The notes under the pieces: generated by a model | What the model was told of the DNA's origin: nothing | What the model saw: only the letters and a program-made list of their open reading frames with translations | The model's database searches: none | Source of the DNA: Acidimicrobiales bacterium | GTDB lineage: Bacteria; Actinomycetota; Acidimicrobiia; Acidimicrobiales; VFJN01 | NCBI GenBank assembly: GCA_046598435.1 | Contig: JBKJIL010000136.1 | Location: 1-49,691, forward strand | Direction: 5' to 3' | Length of the DNA stretch: 49,691 nt | Program-made: the position numbers and the translations under genes | Shown: positions 8,566-17,485 of the stretch, piece by piece | How positions within the stretch are numbered: the first letter of the stretch is position 1 | Layout: each line of letters starts with the position of its first letter

Positions 8566-9791
8566 CACTTGAGGTAGACGTCGGAGAAGCGGGCTCGGAG
8601 GCGGTCGCTGTGGCCGACGAGCCACGCGAGGGTGGGGAACCGCGTCCGCCAGACCCGGCCAGTCAGCTGCGCGGCGCCGAGCATGGCCATGAGGGCAGCG
8701 AGCACGACGAGCCATCCCCAGGTTCGGGACGTCACCGTCACCGAGGAGATGACCGACTCCGTGAACGCCTCCGTCGACGGGCCCTCTGCGGCCGGGAGCG
8801 GGCCCGTGGTGACGGCATCGGCGGGCAGGGCCAGCCTCCCCCCGGGTGCATGGGGGAGGGGGGCGACGAGCGCGCCGTCGGTCGCCTCGCCATCGCCATC
8901 GCCGCTGGTGGGGGCATCAGGTCCGAGGGCGCCGAGGATCGTGACGGTGGCGTTGATGGAGCCGATCCGGTAGCCCGCCCCCTGGCCCGTGCTCGGGTCG
9001 GTGAGGAGGAAGTTGAAGCCGCCGCCCGATGCCGTCGCACCCTTGGTGTCGGCGTGGCTGCGGGGCTCGCCGGCCTCGACGCGTGGGCCGCCTCCCTCGC
9101 GCATCGGGTCGGTGAAGGGGTCCGCCGGACGCCCCTCGAGCGGCACCTCTTGCGCACCGGAGAGCCCCACGAGGGTCGAGTCGACGTCGGCCGTCGCCTC
9201 GGTGGGACCGACCACGAGGGTGAGGGTCTCCCCCATCGTCCGCGCGGAGACGCCTGGTGCCAGCACGACGTTGTCGGCCTCCCAGCCCACCACGACCGTG
9301 ACGACGTCGCAGTCGACCGTGGAGGTGGTCCACGCCCGGGCGCTGTCGGCGGTGGCCCCGCCGACGCCGAGGTCCTGGGCCCCGCTCGAGATGGCGCTGG
9401 CCGACGTGGGCGACACGCGGGTCTCGGAGGTGCCACCCCAGTCCGCCCTGGTCTCGTCGGGGATGTCGCCCGACGGGTAGGCGGAGACGGCGCGCACGAG
9501 CGGCGGGGAGCCGGCGGGGAGGAGCGCCTCGAAGGCGCCGGCGTACTGCGGGCCAGCCTCGGCGTAGGTGAACTGCGGCTTGGTGGCCTGCTCGATCTGG
9601 CTGTACACGTTCGAGAGGCCGTACTCGGCGGGGGAGGCGATCACCGGCCTGCTCACCGCTCCTTCGGCGACGACCAGCGCGTTCACGGTGGGACGGGCGC
9701 ACTCCTCCTTGGCGCCGAGGGCCGGCCCGGCCGAAAGGGCGACGACGCTCACCAGGACGGCGACGCCGGATGCGAGACGGAGGGCTCTCAT
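8562..9791 (-). CDS. exported protein of unknown function with a C-terminal membrane anchor (409 aa)
   Basis: Signal peptide MRALRLASGVAVLVSVVALSAGPALGA. C-terminal TM helix WGWLVVLAALMAMLGAA. No family recognised. ATGA overlap with the stop of the ABC ATPase gene. Confidence 0.6.
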   Translation of the reverse strand: MRALRLASGVAVLVSVVALSAGPALGAKEECARPTVNALVVAEGAVSRPVIASPAEYGLSNVYSQIEQATKPQFTYAEAGPQYAGAFEALLPAGSPPLVRAVSAYPSGDIPDETRADWGGTSETRVSPTSASAISSGAQDLGVGGATADSARAWTTSTVDCDVVTVVVGWEADNVVLAPGVSARTMGETLTLVVGPTEATADVDSTLVGLSGAQEVPLEGRPADPFTDPMREGGGPRVEAGEPRSHADTKGATASGGGFNFLLTDPSTGQGAGYRIGSINATVTILGALGPDAPTSGDGDGEATDGALVAPLPHAPGGRLALPADAVTTGPLPAAEGPSTEAFTESVISSVTVTSRTWGWLVVLAALMAMLGAAQLTGRVWRTRFPTLAWLVGHSDRLRARFSDVYLKW

Positions 9792-10522
9792 GCGCCCGAC
9801 CCCGAGAGGAACACGGCTCGCACCAGATCGCCCCGACCGGTGAGCTCTGCGGTGGGACCTTCGAACTGCACCTTGCCTCGCTCCAGGAAGTAGGCCCGCT
9901 CGGTGAAGCGGGCGGCGGTGGCGAGCCGCTGCTCGACCACCAGCAGCGCGATGCCACTGGCGTGGAGGTCTGAGACCACCTCGATCAGGCGCTCGATGAC
10001 GGTGGGCGCCAGACCGAGGCTGAGCTCGTCGATGATGAGCATCCGGGGCCGGTGCACCAGTGCGCGGGCCAGGGCCAGCATCTGCTGCTGGCCGCCGGAC
10101 AGCGAGCCGGCCTGCTGGTCGAGGCGCTCCTGCAGGATCGGGAAGCGGCTGAAGACGACGTCCTCGGCTTCCGCGACCCGCGCCGCGTCCTTGCGGAAGG
10201 GCCACATGGCGATGCGCAGCGATTCCCGCACGGTGAGCTTCGGGAACGTGCAGTGCCCGCCGGGGATGTGGACGATCCCCCGACGCAGGAGGGCCTGCGG
10301 GCCCTCGGTGGTGACGTCGACCCCGTCGATCAGCACCCGCCCGCCCACGAGGGGCTGCACCCCGGTGACCGCCCTGAGCAGCGTCGACTTCCCGGCGCCG
10401 TTGGTGCCGAGCAGCGCCACCGACTCGCCGGCCGCCACGGTGATCGTGACGCCGTCGAGGATCCGGAGCTTGCCGTAGCCGGCTTCGATGTCCTGGGCGT
10501 GGAACAAGGGGGCGTCAGTCAC
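9788..10522 (-). CDS. branched-chain-amino-acid-type ABC transporter ATP-binding protein (LivF-like)
   Basis: Walker A GTNGAGKST, signature LSGGQQQMLALARAL, Walker B MLIIDE. GTG start in a GTGA overlap. Confidence 0.85.
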   Translation of the reverse strand: MTDAPLFHAQDIEAGYGKLRILDGVTITVAAGESVALLGTNGAGKSTLLRAVTGVQPLVGGRVLIDGVDVTTEGPQALLRRGIVHIPGGHCTFPKLTVRESLRIAMWPFRKDAARVAEAEDVVFSRFPILQERLDQQAGSLSGGQQQMLALARALVHRPRMLIIDELSLGLAPTVIERLIEVVSDLHASGIALLVVEQRLATAARFTERAYFLERGKVQFEGPTAELTGRGDLVRAVFLSGSGA

Positions 10523-12369
10523 GGGTGGGCTCCTGCGGTGCCGGCGGCCACGGCATCGTCGAGGCCGAGGTAGGCCACGACCATCTGCGGATCGGCCAGC
10601 ACCTCGTCGGGGGTTCCGGAGATGAGCACCCGACCGCTGTCCATGCCGACGATGCGATCGCTCACCGCGGTGACGAGGGCGACGTCGTGCTCCACGAGCA
10701 CGATCGACACACCCGTGGCCACGGCGATCCGCTTGATGAGCGGCTGCAGGGCGCGGGCCTCGGCTTCGGCGAGCCCAGCCGCCGGCTCGTCGAGCAGCAG
10801 CAGGCGGGGACGTTGCGTGAGCATGGCAGCGAGCTGCACCAGCCGCAGCGTGCCATAGGAGAGCTCGTCGGCGCGGGCGTCGGCGAAGGGCGTGAGATCC
10901 ACGACCTCCATCACGGCCTCGACGTGGGCACGGGCCTCGGATTCCTCGCTCCTGGCCCGGGGGAGGCGCAGGCCGTCGGCCAGCAAGCCATGCCTCATGG
11001 CGGGGTGCTTGGCGACCAGCAGGTTCTCGAGCACGGTCAGCGTGGGGAACAGCTGTGCGTGCTGGAAGCTCCGGCTCACGCCGAGCTTGGCCCGCTCGTG
11101 GGGGAGGTGGCCGAGGAGTGGCTGACCGTCGAGCAGCACGGTGCCGTCGGAGGCCGCCACGAAGCCGGAGATCACGTTGATGAGGGTGGACTTCCCGGCG
11201 CCGTTGGTGCCCAGCAGGCCAACCACCTCGCCCGGCTCCACCAGCAGGTCCACGTCGTCGAGGGCGGTGATGCCCCCGAAGTGGCAGGAGATGCCGCGGC
11301 ACTCGAGTCGGGCCCCGCCGGGCCACTCGTGGAGGGCGACGTCTGCGTGGGGGGTGCCGGGCGCCTCACGGTGGGCGGTGCGCTCCCGGGCGCCGAGGCG
11401 ACGGGCGCGCCAGTCGCGGAGCATGCCGCTCACGCCCTCGGGTGCTCGCAGGTACACGAAGACCGTGCCGGGACCGGCCACCGCGAAGAGCAGGAGCCCG
11501 AAGTGCTCCCACTCCCCTACGGGGGTGAGCTGGAGCAGCACCCGGAAGCCGGCCGCGATGACCGGACCGGCGAGCGAGGTCACCCCGCCCAGCATGGTCA
11601 GCCCGAAGAACTCGATTCCCCGGTCGATCCCGAACACGCCCGACAGCGAGCTCACGCCCCCGAGCAGCCCGGCGAAGAGGGCGCCGGCCACCCCGGCGAT
11701 GAACCCCGAGACGACGAACGCCACGAGGCGGGCCTTGACGACGTTGATGCCGAGGGCCTCCGCAGCCTGGGGGTTGTCGCGGCTGGCGATGAGGGCTCGG
11801 CCCACGCGGCCCCGCCGCCAGGCCGAGGTGAAGCCGAACGCGGCGACGAGCACGGCCGCGCAGAGCAGGAGGTACGACGGGTCGCTCTGGGCGAAGGAGG
11901 GGCGCGGCGCGGGCACGCTGACGGCGCCGCCGCCACAGCACCACTCGTTGGTGAAGACGACCTCTTCGATGAGCGACACGAACCCGAGGGTCATGACGAT
12001 GAACGCGGCGGGCGGGAGGCGCAGCACCGGGAGGCCGACGATGACGCACGTGCCGGCGGTGACGAGGCCCGCCACCAGCACGGCCAGCAGGAAGGGCAGG
12101 TCGTACCGGGTGATCGCAGTGGCTGCCGCGAAGGCACCCACCCCGAAGTAGGCCGCCGTCAGGAGCGAGATCACACCGGCCTGTCCGGTGATGACCACGA
12201 GCGAGAGGAACAGGAGCGTGAAGATGCAGAAGCGGGCCATCTGGAACGACTCGTAGTTGCCGGCCACCATCGTCCAGGCCACGAGCAGGCCCAAGCCGGC
12301 GAGGGCGGCCGTCGTCAGCACCCGACGCTCCCCGAGGGCCTGCACCCGACGAAGCAGCGAGTCGATCAC
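10519..12369 (-). CDS. fused Liv-type ABC permease (LivM-like) and ATP-binding (LivG-like) protein, 616 aa
   Basis: The N-terminal half is polytopic (FCIFTLLFLSLVVITGQAGVISL...). The C-terminal half has GTNGAGKSTLINVISG, LSYGTLRLVQLAAML and LLLLDEPAAG. GTG start in a GTGA overlap. Confidence 0.8.
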   Translation of the reverse strand: MIDSLLRRVQALGERRVLTTAALAGLGLLVAWTMVAGNYESFQMARFCIFTLLFLSLVVITGQAGVISLLTAAYFGVGAFAAATAITRYDLPFLLAVLVAGLVTAGTCVIVGLPVLRLPPAAFIVMTLGFVSLIEEVVFTNEWCCGGGAVSVPAPRPSFAQSDPSYLLLCAAVLVAAFGFTSAWRRGRVGRALIASRDNPQAAEALGINVVKARLVAFVVSGFIAGVAGALFAGLLGGVSSLSGVFGIDRGIEFFGLTMLGGVTSLAGPVIAAGFRVLLQLTPVGEWEHFGLLLFAVAGPGTVFVYLRAPEGVSGMLRDWRARRLGARERTAHREAPGTPHADVALHEWPGGARLECRGISCHFGGITALDDVDLLVEPGEVVGLLGTNGAGKSTLINVISGFVAASDGTVLLDGQPLLGHLPHERAKLGVSRSFQHAQLFPTLTVLENLLVAKHPAMRHGLLADGLRLPRARSEESEARAHVEAVMEVVDLTPFADARADELSYGTLRLVQLAAMLTQRPRLLLLDEPAAGLAEAEARALQPLIKRIAVATGVSIVLVEHDVALVTAVSDRIVGMDSGRVLISGTPDEVLADPQMVVAYLGLDDAVAAGTAGAHP

Positions 12370-13277
12370 GTCATGGCTCCGGCCCGCTCCGACTGTCCGA
12401 GCTGACGCGACAGCCCGAAGATGGCCACCACGGTGATGAGGGCGAAGCTGAGGGCGCCACGCATGGCGTTCCACGGCGGGCTGAAGCCGACCAGCTCCTG
12501 CTCGAGGATCCCGAGCACGAAGGCGGCCAGGACCGTGCGCTTCAGATCGATGAACGCCCCCGTGAGGGCAGCCGCCAACCCGCGGATCGTCTCGGCGAAG
12601 AGATAGGTCGGGATCAGGAACGACGTCGCCGACACCGACAGCACCCCGGCCAGCGCGGCCAGCACGCCGGTGGCGGCCCAGGCGGCGGTGGTGATCCGGC
12701 GCGACGGCAGCCCGGCCAGCGAGGCCGACAGCGGGTTCTGCGAGCTGGCCCGAAGCGCCAGCCCGAAGTCGGTTCGATGCAGCACCAGCTGCAGCACGCC
12801 GAACACGATCAGGCCAGCGACGGGCAGGGCCAGCTGCTGGGCGGTGGCCGATGCCCCGAAGATGGTGAAGCGGGTGGACTCGGGGAACAGGGGCCCGGAA
12901 CCTCGGGGCCCACCGTCGAGCAAGCCGAAGTTGATGAGCAGCACGCCGCCGACCGCCTGCAACCCGACCCCGGTGGCGACGGAGACGACCACCTTGGCGG
13001 CCATCGACGCCGACTCGAGGCGCACGAACACGAGGCGATAGAGCACCGTGGCCATCGCGCCGCCGAGGCACAGCGCCGCCATCAGTGCCACCCCGACCGG
13101 TGCCTGGCGGGCGACGAGCACGTAGGTGAGGGCGCTCACCATGGCCACCCCCGCGTGGGCGATGTGGAGGTACCCGCTGGCCCGATAGGCCAGAACGAGC
13201 CCGCATCCCAGGAGGGCGTAGAGGCCGCCCGCGGACAGGCCGATGAGCAGGAACGGCCAGACCAGCTCGACGCTCAT
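12366..13277 (-). CDS. Liv-type ABC transporter permease (LivH-like)
   Basis: Starts MSVELVWPFLLIGLSAGGLYALLGCGLVLAYRASG, a typical LivH N-terminus. ATGA overlap with the SBP stop. Confidence 0.85.
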   Translation of the reverse strand: MSVELVWPFLLIGLSAGGLYALLGCGLVLAYRASGYLHIAHAGVAMVSALTYVLVARQAPVGVALMAALCLGGAMATVLYRLVFVRLESASMAAKVVVSVATGVGLQAVGGVLLINFGLLDGGPRGSGPLFPESTRFTIFGASATAQQLALPVAGLIVFGVLQLVLHRTDFGLALRASSQNPLSASLAGLPSRRITTAAWAATGVLAALAGVLSVSATSFLIPTYLFAETIRGLAAALTGAFIDLKRTVLAAFVLGILEQELVGFSPPWNAMRGALSFALITVVAIFGLSRQLGQSERAGAMT

Positions 13278-14719
13278 CGGACCGGGCCCGGCAGATTGTG
13301 GACGGCGCTCGGGTACACCCAGTCGGGGGTCATCCGGGTGAAGGTGCCGTTCGGGTTGAGCTTCACGATGTGCGCCCCGGTGATGCTCCCGTGGTCGCGG
13401 GGACCGAGCGAGAACGGCGCCGTGAGTCCGCCCGCGTCGTAATTCTTCAGCCCTTCGATGTAGCGGGCCAGGCCCGCTCGGGTGACGTTGTCGCCCATCG
13501 AGCGCACCCCATCCTCGATGAGGCGCATCCCGAGGTACGAGTACAGCGTGACGAGGCCGACGTCGCCGTCCGGGTAGTACTCCTTCATCAGCGACAGGTA
13601 GTCCTGCATCCCGGGGCCCTGCATGTCCTCGGTGGCGTAGCCCTCGGTGTCGGCGAACACATCCCGGTCGGTGAGGGCGGCATGGCCGGCGATCGTGGTG
13701 GTGAAGGGGTCGTACATGATCGTGCAGAGGTAGGGGGCCTGCCAGCCGGCCTGGTCGGCGGCCTGCATGTTGAAGGCGCACAGCACGCCGTGGCTGCCGA
13801 TCACCATCTGCGCGCCGGCGGCCCGCATCTTCACCACCTGGCTCGACTGGTTCGTCATGGTGGCGTCGTAGGTGACGGCCTCCTCGTCGACGATCTCGAT
13901 GCCCACCCGACCGAGGGCGGCCCGCTGCTGCTCGGCGATGAACGACGTGAGGGCATCGGTGAAGTAGAGGAGCGCCACCTTCAGCGGGAGCCCCTTGCGC
14001 TGCAGGTACGCCTTGGCGTAGTCGGCGCCGATGGAGGCTCGGCCGGGGACGGTGAGCCCGACGCTGAAGTTGTACGGCGACAGCTCCGGCTTGCGCGACT
14101 GGGTGCCACTCGAGCCCTGCACCATGGGCACGCCCTTGGTGTTGAGGTACGGCACGACCTGGTCGAGCGAGGCGTTCACCACGAAGGTGTTGGCGAGGGC
14201 GAACACGCCGTCGTTCTCGACCGCCTTCTTGGCCTGGGCCAGTCCCTCGTCCGGGCAGTTGGTGCACACGTCGTAGCCGAGCACCTCGAGCTTGCGACCG
14301 TTGATGCCCCCGCGCGCGTTCAGGCGCTCGGCATAGGCCAGCGCGATCCGATAGGGCGGCTCCCCGACGAACTTCTGTCCCCCGGAGAGCGTGGACAGCA
14401 CGCCGACCTTGATCGGACCCTCGAGGGACGGCCCGTCGGGGACCTGTCCGGTCCCTCCCCCGCCCGTCGTACCGGTTCCGCCACCGGTCGTGTCCCCCGG
14501 GTTGCCGCCTGTGGCCCCGTCGCCGGCCACCACGTCGCCACCGGCCGAGCCGGCCAGTCCATCGGCGCCGTCCCCAGCCACCCCCACCTGTCGGGTCGAG
14601 TCCTGGCTCACCTCGAGGGTGCTGGTCTGCGAGCAGGCGCCGGCCACCGACGCCAGCAGCACCAGCGTCGCCCAACCCCGTCGCACCTTCGATGTCCGCA
14701 CTGCCCCCACCCCCTTCAC
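13274..14719 (-). CDS. Liv-type (PBP type 1) ABC substrate-binding lipoprotein with a long Gly/Thr-rich tether
   Basis: Lipobox LLASVAGAC. A G/T/D-rich linker follows, then IKVGVLSTLSGGQKFVGEP...INGRKLEVLGYD, typical of the LivJ/K fold. Confidence 0.8.
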   Translation of the reverse strand: MKGVGAVRTSKVRRGWATLVLLASVAGACSQTSTLEVSQDSTRQVGVAGDGADGLAGSAGGDVVAGDGATGGNPGDTTGGGTGTTGGGGTGQVPDGPSLEGPIKVGVLSTLSGGQKFVGEPPYRIALAYAERLNARGGINGRKLEVLGYDVCTNCPDEGLAQAKKAVENDGVFALANTFVVNASLDQVVPYLNTKGVPMVQGSSGTQSRKPELSPYNFSVGLTVPGRASIGADYAKAYLQRKGLPLKVALLYFTDALTSFIAEQQRAALGRVGIEIVDEEAVTYDATMTNQSSQVVKMRAAGAQMVIGSHGVLCAFNMQAADQAGWQAPYLCTIMYDPFTTTIAGHAALTDRDVFADTEGYATEDMQGPGMQDYLSLMKEYYPDGDVGLVTLYSYLGMRLIEDGVRSMGDNVTRAGLARYIEGLKNYDAGGLTAPFSLGPRDHGSITGAHIVKLNPNGTFTRMTPDWVYPSAVHNLPGPVR

Positions 14720-14770
14720 CCTCGTGTGTACCGCGGCGCCGCTAGGACACCGCCTGCTGCGATCTTCGCC

Positions 14771-16159
14771 TCACTCGGCGAGCCACGACCCATGGAAGCC
14801 GAACGGCGCCCGACGGGGCAGGTGGACCGTGGCCACTGGACCAGTGGCCGGATCGTGGGCATCGAGGATCACCACGTCGCTGCGGTCGGTCGCCGCGTCG
14901 TGGACGTAGCTGAGCAGCCAGCCGTCGTCCTCGCCTCGGCCGTCGGGATCGGGAGCGAAGATGGCCTCACCGGTCGTGCGGCCCGGGCCGTGGTGGTAGG
15001 ACGACTTGGCACCCGTGCGCATGTCGACGCGGCTCACCATGTCGAACGTGCCGCCACCGTGCACCGGCATCTCCGACCAGCCGGTGAGGTAGCCCACGTC
15101 GTTGCGCAGGCCCGTGCGACGCTCGTCGATGCGAGGGAAGTCGGCGTTGTCGTCGTCGATCTGCTCCTGCTTCACCGCCCCCGAGGTGAGGTCGATCGTC
15201 CAGCGGGTGAGGTGTGGGAGCACGAGGTCGGCCCGGCCCTGGTCGTCGAGACCCATCTCGAGGCGCTCTTGGCGGCAGCCGACCAGCTCGATGGTCCCCT
15301 CGTGCTCGAAGGCGTTCAGGAAGTGGAACACGTACCCCGGCTCGATCTCGAACCAACGGATCGAGGATGCCCCGAGCGCACGCTCGAACACCCCGATGCG
15401 GGTCCCGCGCTCGGGCCGCCAGTCGAAGATCTTTCCACCGGCGAGGGCGGCGTGCAGGTCGAACACGGCGGGGGCGTCGAGGAACAGCACGTGGCGATCC
15501 GTGATGGCGAAGTCGTGCATCATCACCGGATCAGGCAGCTCGATCTCCGCCTTCTCCACGAGGGCTCCGCCGGCGTCGAGCCGGTAGAAGGTGAGGTACG
15601 GCCGCACCAAGCCGTACCCGAAGAAGAGCAGGTCGCCGGTGGCGGGGTCCTCGTGAGGGTGGGCGGTCATCGAGCCGTTGAGCTGGCCCCCGAAGTCGAA
15701 GGGCCCGATGGTCTCGAGCTCGGGGCTGATCTCGTGGGGCTGGCCCACCTCCCAGAGCGCCATGATCCGCTCCGCGTGGCGGATGACGTGCGTGTTGGCG
15801 ACGTTCTTCACGTGGCCCACCTCGGCTCGCACCTCAGCCTCCGCGCCGTCGAGGTCGACCATCCCGCCGAAGCAGGAGCGACCCACTCGCCGCTCGGCCC
15901 GCAGACCGGCCGTCTCGACCCATCGGTTCTTGTAGCGGCGGGCCTTGCCGTCGCGGAACCACAGGCCGTGGAGCATGCCGTCGCCGTCGAAGAGGTGGTA
16001 GTCGCCCCGCGGCTCGAACTCGGGGTTCGGCCCGTTGCGCAGGAACAGCCCGTTCAGCCCCGCGGGCACCGAGCCGGTGACCGCGAGGTCGTGGATGTCG
16101 ACCTCATCGTGGACGGGCCGCAGCGCGCCGGTGAGGTATGGGTTCTCCCCCTGAGCCAT
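14771..16159 (-). CDS. carotenoid cleavage / lignostilbene dioxygenase family protein, canonical length (CCO-2, 462 aa)
   Basis: YHLFDGDGMLHG, then the four-His set: TAHPHEDP, MMHDFAITDRH, VFHFLNAFEHEG and FGFHGSW. Confidence 0.9.
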   Translation of the reverse strand: MAQGENPYLTGALRPVHDEVDIHDLAVTGSVPAGLNGLFLRNGPNPEFEPRGDYHLFDGDGMLHGLWFRDGKARRYKNRWVETAGLRAERRVGRSCFGGMVDLDGAEAEVRAEVGHVKNVANTHVIRHAERIMALWEVGQPHEISPELETIGPFDFGGQLNGSMTAHPHEDPATGDLLFFGYGLVRPYLTFYRLDAGGALVEKAEIELPDPVMMHDFAITDRHVLFLDAPAVFDLHAALAGGKIFDWRPERGTRIGVFERALGASSIRWFEIEPGYVFHFLNAFEHEGTIELVGCRQERLEMGLDDQGRADLVLPHLTRWTIDLTSGAVKQEQIDDDNADFPRIDERRTGLRNDVGYLTGWSEMPVHGGGTFDMVSRVDMRTGAKSSYHHGPGRTTGEAIFAPDPDGRGEDDGWLLSYVHDAATDRSDVVILDAHDPATGPVATVHLPRRAPFGFHGSWLAE

Positions 16160-16165
16160 GTCGGG

Positions 16166-16193
16166 ACTTTACAGTGTTCACCCGGGGTGTCAA
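16166..16193 (-). promoter_or_regulatory. sigma-A-type promoter TTGACA (16193-16188), 16 nt spacer, TAAAGT (16171-16166), overlapped by operator site 4 (plus strand ACTTTACAGTGTTCACC, 16166-16182)
   Basis: Read directly on the minus strand. The -10 ends 6 nt (CCCGAC) before the CCO-2 ATG and no SD is visible, which suggests a leaderless mRNA. Confidence 0.6.
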
Positions 16194-16203
16194 AAGACGG
16201 GCG

Positions 16204-17409
16204 TCAGCCCTCCACCCGATCGTCGAGGGCCGACGACACGGCGCAGCCCTCGGGCACGTCACCGATGGCCAGGTCGACGGCCCGGTGGAAGTGGTGGATC
16301 AGCCGCTCGTGCCATCCGATCTGGAACGGCCGAGCGCCGCGGGACTCGACCGAGCGCTGGATGGCGTTCATGTTGGCGGTGTCCTGGGCCATGACCGTCT
16401 CGAAGAGCGTCATGCGCATGATGTGCTCCTCCAGCGGCTCGCCGTCGCCCCACGCCGGGGCGAACCACACCAGCTCGAGCTCCGTGGCCCGTGGACCGTC
16501 GGGCCACATGCAGAGCCAAGCGAAGGCGCCTGTGTCCATCGGGGCCACGATGTTGGGGAAGATGCCGAACGAGGTGCTCGTCTCGCGCCACAAGGACCCC
16601 ACCGACGGGTTGTCGGCCTCGGCCGACGGCGCCACGAACTCCATCAGCTCGGGCCGCTTCGCCACGGTGAGGCGGCTGTGCCCGTTGGGCAGCATGGCCA
16701 CCGTGACGGTGCGGTCGTCGTAGAGCAGCGCGGCGTTGTCCGGGTGCACGGTGCGCACGTGGTACACCTCGAGAAAGGCGTCGACGAGCAGCTTCCAGTT
16801 GCACTCGATGCGATGGTTCTGGCGGCCCAGCACCTGGAGCGACGGCCCGTCGATCTCCTGCATCTGGTCGCACAGCGGGCCGAGGAAGTCCACCAGCGGT
16901 GGCGCATCGGTGTCCTCGCACACGAAGAGGAACCCCTCCCACGTCTCGCAGCGCACCGGGGTCAGGCCGAGCGACGCCTCGTCGAGATCGGCGAAGGAGC
17001 GGCTGTCGGGCACCGCCTTGAGCACGCCGGTCGTGTCATAGGACCACGAGTGGTACTGGCAGGTGAGCCGCTTGGCCACGCCGCAGTCGTCGCGCACCAC
17101 GGGGGCTCCACGATGCCGGCAGCTGTTGTAGAAGGCGCGCACCACATCGTCGTGGCCCCGCACGATCAGGATCGGAGCACCCGAGCGGGTGAAGAGCTTG
17201 TAGGCGCCGGGCTCGCCGAGCTCGGACACGTGCCCGGCGAAGAGCCAGGCCCGACCCCAGATGCGCTCGTTCTCGAGCTCGAAGAGCCGCGGGTCGCGGT
17301 AGCGCTCCACCGGGATGGGCGGCACGGCCACCGCGTCGGCCGACGGGGCGGTGCGCTCGAGCCCGTCTGCCAGCTCGGCGCGGATCCGGTCCTCGAGCAC
17401 CTGGTCCAT
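16204..17409 (-). CDS. Rieske [2Fe-2S] aromatic-ring-hydroxylating oxygenase, alpha-subunit type (401 aa)
   Basis: Rieske motif CRHRG...(17 aa)...CQYHSW. Mononuclear-iron region LEVYHVRTVHPD. I chose ATG 17409 (MDQVLEDRI), preceded by GAGAGGGAGAA. The longer ORF-track N-terminus was rejected. Confidence 0.85.
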   Translation of the reverse strand: MDQVLEDRIRAELADGLERTAPSADAVAVPPIPVERYRDPRLFELENERIWGRAWLFAGHVSELGEPGAYKLFTRSGAPILIVRGHDDVVRAFYNSCRHRGAPVVRDDCGVAKRLTCQYHSWSYDTTGVLKAVPDSRSFADLDEASLGLTPVRCETWEGFLFVCEDTDAPPLVDFLGPLCDQMQEIDGPSLQVLGRQNHRIECNWKLLVDAFLEVYHVRTVHPDNAALLYDDRTVTVAMLPNGHSRLTVAKRPELMEFVAPSAEADNPSVGSLWRETSTSFGIFPNIVAPMDTGAFAWLCMWPDGPRATELELVWFAPAWGDGEPLEEHIMRMTLFETVMAQDTANMNAIQRSVESRGARPFQIGWHERLIHHFHRAVDLAIGDVPEGCAVSSALDDRVEG

Positions 17410-17429
17410 CGCGGTTCTCCCTCTCGTCA

Positions 17430-17446
17430 GGTGAACAGTGTTTAGT
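17430..17446. promoter_or_regulatory. operator site 5, GGTGAACAGTGTTTAGT
   Basis: Read directly, in the divergent gap between the Rieske gene (start 17409) and CCO-3 (start 17486). Confidence 0.5.
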
Positions 17447-17485
17447 GTACGCTCCGCCCGATCGTCCAGCCTCTGGGAGCGCCCG

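Noticed and set aside
13298-16723. Very long plus-strand ORF (1141 aa). Similar long ORFs occur at 752-2443, 2073-3563, 10525-12405, 29575-31503, 39113-41563 and 41653-43185.
   Set aside because: They lie antisense to, or out of frame with, genes that have clear family motifs. Their translations are Arg/Gly/His/Pro-rich low-complexity strings, typical of shadow ORFs in high-GC DNA.
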